Notes under the pieces: model-generated
Seen by the model: the letters and a program-made list of their open reading frames with translations, nothing else
Database searches by the model: none
What the model was told of the DNA's origin: nothing
Translations under genes and position numbers: made by a program
Shown here: one piece after another, positions 1 to 7,930 of the stretch
How the letters are laid out: the number at the start of each line of letters is the position of its first letter
Numbering within the stretch: position 1 is the first letter of the stretch
DNA from: an uncultured Bacilli bacterium
Lineage (GTDB): Bacteria; Bacillota_I; Bacilli_A; RFN20; CAG-449
Assembly (NCBI GenBank): GCA_944332225.1
Contig: CALVJO010000001.1
Coordinates: 46,566-110,565, forward strand
Direction of reading: 5' to 3'
DNA: 64,000 nucleotides

Positions 1-447
1 TTTTAAAGAATATAAAGCAATTTTCTTTTGTTCTAAAGTCGTAGAATTAATTAATGAATTAATACCTTCGGCTTGGACTAAGTCTATTTTATGATGATAA
101 AACGCGCGGGAAGAAAATTCTCCCCTCTCGGCAAGCCTTGCTCCTAAAGTGATGAACAGTGAGATGACTTGATTAACGATTAACATTGATCCATGAAGAG
201 ATATCTCGACAACATCCTCTCCAGTGAAGGAATTAGGTCCTTTATAGTAAATTAAAACTACCTGATCGATTTCTTCTCCTTGATAAGATAAATTCCCGTA
301 ATATGCATATCTTGGCTTTTCAATTTTTCGAGAAAATATGGTTTGGGCTAAAGAAAGACTATCATCTCCAGATAATCTAATAACGCTAACCGCGGAATTA
401 AAAGGAGGTGTTATTAAACTAACTATTGTCTGATTGAATTTATTCAT
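1..447 (-). CDS. mnmE: tRNA modification GTPase MnmE (TrmE), N-terminal part; the gene continues off the left edge of the window
   Basis: Not in the ORF track because it is truncated. Translating the reverse strand from the ATG at 447-445 gives MNKFNQTIVSLITPPFNSAVSVIRLSGDD...KPRYAYYGNLS...KGPNSFTGEDVVEISLHGS...GARLAERGEFSSRAFYHHKIDLVQAEG. This matches conserved N-domain motifs of MnmE (PRYAxY, GPNSFTGEDV, HGG-like, ARxAxxGEFxxRAF..K.DL.QAE). An AGGGAGG Shine-Dalgarno lies 6 nt upstream. The start overlaps the aroA stop by 8 nt. Confidence 0.8.
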   Translation of the reverse strand, partial: MNKFNQTIVSLITPPFNSAVSVIRLSGDDSLSLAQTIFSRKIEKPRYAYYGNLSYQGEEIDQVVLIYYKGPNSFTGEDVVEISLHGSMLIVNQVISLFITLGARLAERGEFSSRAFYHHKIDLVQAEGINSLINSTTLEQKKIALYSLK

Positions 448-1744
448 GAAATACCTCCCTATCATCTTTAGAAACTAACGATTCTATCTCATTAAAAAAT
501 AATGGAAAGGACTTATTGATGCAAGAAATATTATCTATAGTCCCTTCTCCCTCACTTAGCATGATAAAAATAATTAAAGCCATCGCGATTCTATGATCAT
601 CATGGGAACTAAAAGCAAAATTCCCCTGATACGTAGGCTTTCCTTCTATCACGATCTCTTGATTTATATAAGAGATATCAACATTTGCTTTTCTTAATTC
701 GATAATCATGTTTTCTAATCTATCTGATTCTTTATTTTTTAATCTTTCAACATCTTTTATGATGGTTTTTCCTATCGTAAAAGCACCTAAAACCATCAAT
801 ATAGGTCCTAAATCAATGTTGTCATCTAAAGAAAAAGTAAATCCTTTCATCATCGATTTTAAAAATATGATGCCATCTTTATCAAAGATCATCTTACCTC
901 CGTTATCCATGACTAGATCCAAGAATCTAACATCACCTTGATAAGAATGAATATTAATATCCATGACTTTGATAAATCCTTTGATGAGACCTAATATAGC
1001 AAAATATGGTAAAGAAGAAAGATCGCTTTCTATCCGATATCGATTTAAATATAAAACGGAGTAACTTCTTAAAATCATCTTGTCATATTTTTTTAAATTA
1101 AAGGAAAAATCATTTAAAACCTTAAAAGTTAATTTAATGTAATCTTTTGAAGGATAATCATCTTTAATATAAAGAATCTTATTTTCAGAAAAACGGCATA
1201 ATAAGAATAATAACCCTGATATATATTGAGAAGAATCAACGTCTTCTAAATATAAATCTTGGTCATTTATTCTTCCTGATATCATATATCCTTGTTCAAT
1301 ATCATCATCAGAAATTAATTTAACCTCAATATTATTTTTCTTAAATAGGCTATCGTATCCTTTAAATCCTCGAGTTAATAACCTTATTGATCCTTTAACC
1401 TTAACTTTAGAAAAATAAGTTAAAATTAAAGGAAGTAGCATCCTTAAAGAAGAGGCTGATTCTTGAAAAGAGAATTCTTCTTCATCTTTAGTTACTTTAT
1501 CTCTATTAATAAAAGTTAAAGTTTTATTAAGGTAATCTAATTTAAAATTACCTCCTAATTTTTTTAAAACATCGATGGTCACTAAAGTATCATCGCAGAA
1601 GTTAAAATTAGAAATGACGCAGGATTTATTAGCTAAAAAAGAGGCAATTGCCGCGCGATGAGATATAGATTTAGAGCCCATCAAATTAATAGATCCTAAA
1701 TAATTAGATTTAGAAACAATATGTTTAGATAATTTTCCCATCAT
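440..1744 (-). CDS. aroA: 3-phosphoshikimate 1-carboxyvinyltransferase (EPSP synthase)
   Basis: 434 aa. The N-terminal LMGSKSISHRA motif and the overall length are typical of AroA. It is the last gene of the aro operon. Confidence 0.9.
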   Translation of the reverse strand: MMGKLSKHIVSKSNYLGSINLMGSKSISHRAAIASFLANKSCVISNFNFCDDTLVTIDVLKKLGGNFKLDYLNKTLTFINRDKVTKDEEEFSFQESASSLRMLLPLILTYFSKVKVKGSIRLLTRGFKGYDSLFKKNNIEVKLISDDDIEQGYMISGRINDQDLYLEDVDSSQYISGLLFLLCRFSENKILYIKDDYPSKDYIKLTFKVLNDFSFNLKKYDKMILRSYSVLYLNRYRIESDLSSLPYFAILGLIKGFIKVMDINIHSYQGDVRFLDLVMDNGGKMIFDKDGIIFLKSMMKGFTFSLDDNIDLGPILMVLGAFTIGKTIIKDVERLKNKESDRLENMIIELRKANVDISYINQEIVIEGKPTYQGNFAFSSHDDHRIAMALIIFIMLSEGEGTIDNISCINKSFPLFFNEIESLVSKDDREVFHE

Positions 1745-2744
1745 TATAAATCTTTCTTAGTTTTTTAATGGTTCTTAATAAAGATCTTGCCTCTTTAATA
1801 TTTAAAGATTCTTCCCCATCTGACAAAGCTTCTTGAGGGTGAGGATGCACTTCTAACATTAGCCCATTAATCGGAGAACAGGATGAACATACTCCTAAAG
1901 AATAGGCTAAGTTGCTTTCTCCAGAAGCATGGGAAGGATCACCTATAACCATTAAATTAGTCATCTCCTTTAGCTTTATTAAAGAGGAAATATCGTAAGT
2001 AAATCTAGTATCTTTATTAAATGTCCTAATTCCTCTTTCGCAGAGGATTACGTTTTTAGCCCCATAGAGAAGCAAATACTCCGCGGAAGAAAGAAATTCG
2101 TCTAAAGTCGCGGAAAAACCTCTTTTTAAAAGAACAACTTTATTTAATGAAGCGACCTTTTTCAAAAGAGAAAAGTTTTGCATGTTACGCGCGCCGATCT
2201 GGATGATATCAACATCATCAAATTTTGAAATATCATCTTCTGATAAAATTTCGGTAACAGATATAAGATTATATTTTTCTTTTACTTCCTTTAATATCTC
2301 TAATCCATCTTCTTTCATCCCTTGAAATGAATAAGGGGAAGTTCTTGGTTTAAAGGCTCCACCTCTGATGAAATGAAGATTATTTTTACTTAAAAACTTA
2401 CCAACAGCATCTAAATTTTTAAAAGAATCAATCGAGCAAGGTCCAAGAATTAAAATTAAATCATTTTCATTTATCTCTAACCCATTAATATTTAAACCTT
2501 CATTAAGGGTATTTTCTTTAGATACCAAAGGATAAGGAGAATCAGTAATTATAAAGTCGCTATCACCTATGCGATTAAAATCATCATTTTTTAAAAGCAA
2601 TTTTAAAACTAATCCATCAAAAACTTTATTTATAATAAACAAATTGCTTCTATCATTTTTTCCCATAGTAAAGTCAACATGATTAACTTCTAACGTGTTT
2701 TTGAATCTTTGAGTTAAATCTTCTTTTGCAAATTTTATGATCAT
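1725..2744 (-). CDS. aroG: 3-deoxy-7-phosphoheptulonate (DAHP) synthase, type I-beta, with an N-terminal ~95-aa ACT/ferredoxin-like regulatory extension
   Basis: The core is LILGPCSIDS...GGAFKPRTSPYSFQGM...IQIGARNMQNF...LLKRG...ILCERGIRTF...EVHPHP. It aligns along its length with Bacillus AroA(G) and the KDO8P/DAHP synthase family. The N-terminal extension resembles the Thermotoga-type regulatory domain, not a chorismate mutase domain. Confidence 0.85.
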   Translation of the reverse strand: MIIKFAKEDLTQRFKNTLEVNHVDFTMGKNDRSNLFIINKVFDGLVLKLLLKNDDFNRIGDSDFIITDSPYPLVSKENTLNEGLNINGLEINENDLILILGPCSIDSFKNLDAVGKFLSKNNLHFIRGGAFKPRTSPYSFQGMKEDGLEILKEVKEKYNLISVTEILSEDDISKFDDVDIIQIGARNMQNFSLLKKVASLNKVVLLKRGFSATLDEFLSSAEYLLLYGAKNVILCERGIRTFNKDTRFTYDISSLIKLKEMTNLMVIGDPSHASGESNLAYSLGVCSSCSPINGLMLEVHPHPQEALSDGEESLNIKEARSLLRTIKKLRKIYNDGKII

Positions 2745-3175
2745 ACTTTTCCCTCTTTAAGTGCTTGTAAAGCTTCTTTGTAGCCTAAAATCCCTTTTCC
2801 TTTAATCACCATCGATGCATAAAGAGATATTAAAGATTTTTTTCTAAATTCTTCTCGGGAATCAATGTCAGTTATATGAACTTCGATAGTTTTTATATTA
2901 ACAGATTTTAAAGCATCTAAGAGACTAACTGAATAATGAGTAAGTCCGCCTGGATTAATCACTATATAATCAACTTTGTTATATGCTTCTTGAATTTTAT
3001 CGATTAAGTTTCCCTCATGGTTAGATTGATAAACTTCGATATCTAAATTTAATTCTTCTCCCCAAGTATATAATAATTTTTCAAGCTCAGAATAAGTAAC
3101 ATTACCATATAAAGATACTTCTCTAATACCTAAAAAATTAATATTAGGCCCGTTTATAATTAAAACTTTCATCAA
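2741..3175 (-). CDS. aroQ: 3-dehydroquinate dehydratase, type II
   Basis: 144 aa. It carries VLIINGPNINFLG...YGN...HEGNLID...INPGG.TH.SV, the hallmark of type II DHQase. Confidence 0.9.
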   Translation of the reverse strand: MMKVLIINGPNINFLGIREVSLYGNVTYSELEKLLYTWGEELNLDIEVYQSNHEGNLIDKIQEAYNKVDYIVINPGGLTHYSVSLLDALKSVNIKTIEVHITDIDSREEFRKKSLISLYASMVIKGKGILGYKEALQALKEGKV

Positions 3176-4415
3176 TTATATCTCCTATTAAGGCGATGGT
3201 TCTTCTAATGGAACCATTATTATCCACCTCAAAATCTTTATAAGCATCATAAGCATCCTGTCTTTCATGAAGCAATGATTCTAAATCTTTATTGATAATT
3301 GTCGGATGAGATGAATAATCAATATCACGATTAATCAATCCTAAATCTCTCTTTAAATAGATAAATATAGAATTACATAATAATTTATTAATATTACGAT
3401 TAACTAAGGTTCCTCCACCTAAGGCGATGATTTTTCCTTGTTCTTTAGATAAAATTAATAAATATTTATTTTCTAAGTCTCTAAAATACTCAATGCCTTT
3501 ATTTAAGATAATATTATTCACAGAAGTTTTCTCTTTGCTTTCAATTAACTCATCTAAATCTATAAAATCTTTTGAATATTTTTTGCTTAATTCTCTACCG
3601 ATCGTGGTTTTTCCCGCGCCTGGAAGACCAATTAAAACGATATTCACTTGTCTAGATAAGATATTATGATAGATATTATTTATATTTTTTAAGCTTATCT
3701 CCCGATTAAAATATATTTTTTGAGAATATATTGCTTGATTAATAAGCATTTCTAATCCATTTAAAATTCTCACATTTTTTCCTAATTTTTGAAAATTAAC
3801 TAAAAACGGAGTCCTTCTTGGGTTATAGCTTAAATCAATAGCTAAATTAGCTTTATTAAAAATTCTTGGAGAGATTCCATAATCTTGCATAGCTGGATAC
3901 ATCCCTATAGGCGTGCAATTAATAATGGTGTCGATAAAAGATAGTTTTCTCATCTCTTTATAATTAACTATCGTTCCTTTAGTGCTCTTACGTGAAAGAA
4001 AATTGATTGATTTAGTTCGATAATTATCTTCTATAATTTTTGCTATAGTTCTAGAGGCTGGACCAGTTCCCATGATTGCAATCTTTCTGTTTTCAAAGGA
4101 TAGATTATTAGCTTTTATCATATCTAAAAAGGCTTCTCCATCTGTGTTATATCCATATAATTTACCTTTTCTAGATACGATTAAATTACAAGATTTTGTT
4201 TTCTTAACTAAAGGAGAAATAACATCTAAATAAGGAATAACAAACTCTTTATAAGGTGAAGTTACATTAATGAAATTAAAATCTCTTTTTTCAAGCAGTT
4301 TGATAACCTCATCTTCTTTGATATCTAAAATATCGTAAACAATATTTTGAAGCGATTCATGAATTAATTTTGAATATGAATGCTTTAAATTTTTACCGAT
4401 TAATCCGTACTTCAT
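3144..4415 (-). CDS. aroE: Bifunctional shikimate dehydrogenase (N-terminal) / shikimate kinase (C-terminal) fusion protein
   Basis: The N-terminal ~250 aa (MKYGLIGKNLKHSYSKLIHE...TSPYKE...YNTDG...IMGTGPASR) is AroE-like. The C-terminal ~170 aa carries the Walker A motif VLIGLPGAGKTT and resembles AroK shikimate kinase. It is one continuous 423-aa ORF. Confidence 0.85.
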   Translation of the reverse strand: MKYGLIGKNLKHSYSKLIHESLQNIVYDILDIKEDEVIKLLEKRDFNFINVTSPYKEFVIPYLDVISPLVKKTKSCNLIVSRKGKLYGYNTDGEAFLDMIKANNLSFENRKIAIMGTGPASRTIAKIIEDNYRTKSINFLSRKSTKGTIVNYKEMRKLSFIDTIINCTPIGMYPAMQDYGISPRIFNKANLAIDLSYNPRRTPFLVNFQKLGKNVRILNGLEMLINQAIYSQKIYFNREISLKNINNIYHNILSRQVNIVLIGLPGAGKTTIGRELSKKYSKDFIDLDELIESKEKTSVNNIILNKGIEYFRDLENKYLLILSKEQGKIIALGGGTLVNRNINKLLCNSIFIYLKRDLGLINRDIDYSSHPTIINKDLESLLHERQDAYDAYKDFEVDNNGSIRRTIALIGDIIDESFNYKRA

Positions 4416-5487
4416 ATCTATCCCTCCTTAATATCATTTCTAGTATTAAATATTCTAGCATGCTATCGATAATAATTGGTAATTTGATTCCAAAACATGG
4501 ATCATGTCTTCCCTTAATAAGCAAATCTATGTTCTCTTTTGTTTCATAATTTATAGATTTTTGAATTTTCCCAATTGATGGGGTCGGTTTAATAAACGTC
4601 TTAAAATAAACGATATTCCCATTTGTTATTCCTCCGTTTATTCCCCCGTCATTATTAGAAAGATATCTGATTTGATCATCATTATATTCAATCATATCGT
4701 TTGCTTGACTACCCTTTAAAAAAGGAACATTCTCTCCATTTCCAAAGATGATTCCTTTAACTCCTCCTAGAGAAAATAGCAAATGAGAAATCTCACTTTC
4801 TAAAGAATCAAAATATGGTTCTCCTAATCCTATAGGTGATTTAATAATTGTTTGAATCGTGACTCCTGTTGAATCTTTTTCCCACCTTATTTTTTTGATT
4901 TCTTCTTTTAACCTTTCTATATCTTCATCATTTAAAACCTTTAACTTTTTGTTTTTTAAATTATTTATATCATCATCTAAATTATTAAAATCAAAGCCTT
5001 TAAGAGATAAATCATGGATAGAAGTTAAGGTAGAAGAAACTTCATAATCTAGTTTTAAATAATCTTTTACTTGTTTAATTAGAGAACCTAAAGCGATGAA
5101 AAGAGAGGTGATTCTCCCTGAAAACATATTGCTTCCTCGATAATCAAAATACTCTCCGTATTTATAATAATTAACTAAATCAACATGGCTTGGTCTTATC
5201 TCTCCTTTAATGTAAGACGAAGAATCTATATTAGAGTTTTTTAATTTGATTAAAAGAGGTAATCCTGTGGTAAAACCATTGAACATCCCGTTTTCAATGA
5301 TGACTTCATCATTTTCTATTCTTGATGAGATTAATGTTTCATCTACATATTTATTCTTTAAAGAATCATTAATTTTAGAAACATCAATCTTGATTCCTGA
5401 AGGTAAAGAATCAATCAATAAAGACATCGAATCATTATGTGATTCTCCAACTAAAGATATTTTAATAACCTCGCCGAAACTATTCAT
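4393..5487 (-). CDS. aroC: chorismate synthase
   Basis: It contains GESHNDSMSL..., RPSHVDL and the GRHDPCFGIK motif characteristic of AroC. Confidence 0.9.
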   Translation of the reverse strand: MNSFGEVIKISLVGESHNDSMSLLIDSLPSGIKIDVSKINDSLKNKYVDETLISSRIENDEVIIENGMFNGFTTGLPLLIKLKNSNIDSSSYIKGEIRPSHVDLVNYYKYGEYFDYRGSNMFSGRITSLFIALGSLIKQVKDYLKLDYEVSSTLTSIHDLSLKGFDFNNLDDDINNLKNKKLKVLNDEDIERLKEEIKKIRWEKDSTGVTIQTIIKSPIGLGEPYFDSLESEISHLLFSLGGVKGIIFGNGENVPFLKGSQANDMIEYNDDQIRYLSNNDGGINGGITNGNIVYFKTFIKPTPSIGKIQKSINYETKENIDLLIKGRHDPCFGIKLPIIIDSMLEYLILEMILRRDRYEVRINR

Positions 5488-6466
5488 TGATAAAGTCCTC
5501 CAAATATTGTTTTATATCCTGTTTTGTTATGGTTTTAAAAGAAAAATGTCCAACTGATTCAACATCAACGATAATCAATCCTTCTTTAGTAAACTTCTTA
5601 TCGTTTTCAATCAAATTTAATACTTGATCGATATCTATTGATTGATTAAAACTAACATCAAACGAATTAACTATCTTTTTTAAAGATTGATAATATGGTT
5701 TATTTTTTGAGATTATAAGCATTCCTATCATCACTGAATATCCATGCTTTAATCCATATAATCTTTCGAAAGCATGACCGAAGGTGTGACCAAAATTTAA
5801 ACATCTTCTATATCCTGTTTCAAAAGGATCTTTTTTTACGACATCAATTTTATATTTTATAGCCTTAATAATTATTTTATCTAAATTTTCTAAATATTTA
5901 TTTTGATAGAATAAAGAAAATATTTCTTCATCAAACAATAACCCTATTTTTAAAATTTCACCTAATCCAGATATGAATTCATCATTAGGCAAAGTTTTTA
6001 AAAAATCTAAATTAATATAGATATCCTTAGGAAGATAAATAGATCCAATTACATTTTTAAGGTTATTATAATTTAATCCATTTTTCCCTCCTATAGAAGC
6101 ATCGACCATAGCTAATGATGATGTTGGGATCAATATAAGTCCTATCCCTCTTTTATAAGTCGAAGCAACAAAGCTAACTAAATCTAAGATTACTCCTCCT
6201 CCAAAGCCTACTAGACAACAATCTTTGCTGACATGATGTTCAATCAAATAAGAAACGATAGTTAAGTAAGAGTCAAAAGATTTTGATTCTTCTCCTGGGG
6301 GAAGACAAATCACTTCTTTATCTTGTAAGAAGCTATCTTTATATAGTCCGTATAGGTTTTGGTCGGTAATATAAATATAATGATTGTCATTTAAAATAAT
6401 ATCTTCATTAATATGAATCACAGTCTTTAATTGTTTTGATAAATTTAAGGTATATTTCATAATCAA
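5480..6466 (-). CDS. aroB: 3-dehydroquinate synthase
   Basis: It carries the NAD-binding GFGGGVILDLVSFVAST motif, LILIPTSSLAMVDASIGGKNGLN and the metal-binding His motifs. It is the first gene of the aro operon. Confidence 0.9.
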   Translation of the reverse strand: MIMKYTLNLSKQLKTVIHINEDIILNDNHYIYITDQNLYGLYKDSFLQDKEVICLPPGEESKSFDSYLTIVSYLIEHHVSKDCCLVGFGGGVILDLVSFVASTYKRGIGLILIPTSSLAMVDASIGGKNGLNYNNLKNVIGSIYLPKDIYINLDFLKTLPNDEFISGLGEILKIGLLFDEEIFSLFYQNKYLENLDKIIIKAIKYKIDVVKKDPFETGYRRCLNFGHTFGHAFERLYGLKHGYSVMIGMLIISKNKPYYQSLKKIVNSFDVSFNQSIDIDQVLNLIENDKKFTKEGLIIVDVESVGHFSFKTITKQDIKQYLEDFINE

Positions 6467-6495
6467 ATTATAATATTTTATGTTGTTTTTAACAT

Positions 6496-6528
6496 CAAAA
6501 AAGCTCGGAACAACCGAGCTATTTTCTA
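6496..6528 (-). terminator. Hairpin plus T-run in the aro operon leader (candidate attenuator or terminator, best as a minus-strand terminator)
   Basis: The sequence aaaaaAGCTCGGaacaaCCGAGCTatttt forms a 7-bp GC-rich stem flanked by an A-run and a T-run. It sits about 30 nt upstream of the aroB start codon on the transcribed strand. Confidence 0.4.
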
Positions 6529-6829
6529 TTCAAGGTTTTGTCTTAAATAGACTTATCCTTATAATGACTTATCTTTTATAAAATTTTATCAGTACAAGGA
6601 TACTTTTAATTACGCTCATAATTAGCCTCCTTTACTTTAATCAAGATTTCTCTTGACGCCTTTATTATAGTCAGTTAATTAAACTTGCAACCCTTGTGAA
6701 AACGTTATCATAGGTTGTAAGTGATTTCAGAAACCGCTTTAAAGGAAAAAGAATCAAAAAAATAAGCAAAAAACACCTATTTAAACATCTTTTTACCCAT
6801 AGAAAGAGAATAAATGCTATAATAGCTTA

Positions 6830-7930
6830 ATGAGTGAAAGCATGATGATTTCTCTAAGCACCTGTATTTCTAGAATCAACGCCTGCGAAAGTAAAGATCG
6901 TTTTTATGATGAGAAAGATGCTTATTTAAGCATGATCAATGATTTTGATATAGCTAGAAAATCTAGAGTGTTTTCTAGCATTTATTATAAAGCTTATGAA
7001 TTAAATCTAAGCGAAGAAGATATTAAAGAATTTATAGTGAACGCGAATGGTTCAAGAATCATATATAACCAGGTTCTAGATGACGCTTTACTATATATGG
7101 ATGATAAATATATTATCTATCTATTAAAAATAGATTCTCTTAAAGAGGCTCTTTTCTTTCCATTAATCGATTTATCTAAACGTAACGAGGAAGCATTTAA
7201 TAGATTACTAAATGAATTTAAAGATAATTCAATCGTATTTTCTGATTCATTTTATTTAAAATTAATCACCCCTCCTTACTCGCAGATTTATATATTTGAT
7301 CTCTTTGATATTGTATATTCGTTACCTTCTTTAATTCCTTTAAAGGAGCTTTTAATTCATTGCAAGACTAAATTAAATGAACAACAATTATTTTCCTGCT
7401 TAGAAAAGATTAAAGATGCCGATGATAAACTTTATCTTGAAACTCTAGAATATGTTTTTAAAAACTCAAAAGATTTTAAGATATTCTATAGCTGTTATTC
7501 AAAGATGGGATTTGAATATATTAGAAATAATCGTTATGAGATCGAAAAGATATTTATGAATAACGGTTACGAGATTGAATATAAGTTACTAAACAATCAA
7601 AAAGTAACTTTTAATCAAATTAAAAAGATGAAAGCGTTGCACCAATTTCTGTTAATAAATAAAATTGTTAAGCTATTTAATCTAGAATATATTAAATTTT
7701 TAATAGATTCTTTTTCTTTATATCTAACCAAAAGATCATCAAATTTATTCGATTTAAGCGTTTATTTATACATTTTAAAATCGATATCATATTCAGATTA
7801 TTATAATTTAATTAATACCGATTTATATATCCATAACTTTAAAAATAATCCAAGCGCGCGTGCCAATTATTTAAAATTTTTAAAAGAGGAAAATTTATTA
7901 GAAGAGGAGAACATTTATGAATTTGATTGA
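6830..7930 (+). CDS. hypothetical protein (366 aa), possibly a partner of the downstream SNF2 helicase
   Basis: Long ORF with no recognisable motifs. It overlaps the downstream helicase gene by 14 nt. The start is uncertain (ATG 6830 or 6842) and a TGcTATAAT extended -10 lies immediately upstream. Confidence 0.5.
   Translation: MSESMMISLSTCISRINACESKDRFYDEKDAYLSMINDFDIARKSRVFSSIYYKAYELNLSEEDIKEFIVNANGSRIIYNQVLDDALLYMDDKYIIYLLKIDSLKEALFFPLIDLSKRNEEAFNRLLNEFKDNSIVFSDSFYLKLITPPYSQIYIFDLFDIVYSLPSLIPLKELLIHCKTKLNEQQLFSCLEKIKDADDKLYLETLEYVFKNSKDFKIFYSCYSKMGFEYIRNNRYEIEKIFMNNGYEIEYKLLNNQKVTFNQIKKMKALHQFLLINKIVKLFNLEYIKFLIDSFSLYLTKRSSNLFDLSVYLYILKSISYSDYYNLINTDLYIHNFKNNPSARANYLKFLKEENLLEEENIYEFD

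Noticed and set aside
708-941. Short ORFs (60-110 aa) lying antisense or out of frame inside confidently assigned genes. They are 708-941, 3427-3669, 4859-5047, 5246-5557, 10861-11070, 18479-18670, 21970-22221, 22423-22632, 26561-26752, 28271-28516, 28672-28920, 32861-33160, 42743-42931, 45474-45689, 45768-45950, 50357-50671, 50367-50549, 52781-53017, 52944-53141, 54265-54483, 57807-58025, 58180-58506, 59328-59513, 59781-60002, 61904-62140, 62159-62350, 62583-62765 and 63773-63973.
   Set aside because: Each lies wholly within, or substantially overlaps, a longer ORF that has clear family motifs. They have low-complexity or Ser/Leu/Ile-rich composition typical of AT-rich antisense frames, and they lack an RBS. 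They are treated as non-coding.
6467-6829. T-box riboswitch upstream of the aro operon, and likewise upstream of serS and lysS
   Set aside because: No T-box consensus (AATTAGGGTGGnACCGCG, or its complement on the relevant strand) is present. serS overlaps the gyrA 3' end, so there is no room for a leader. Only a simple hairpin attenuator candidate is reported for the aro leader.
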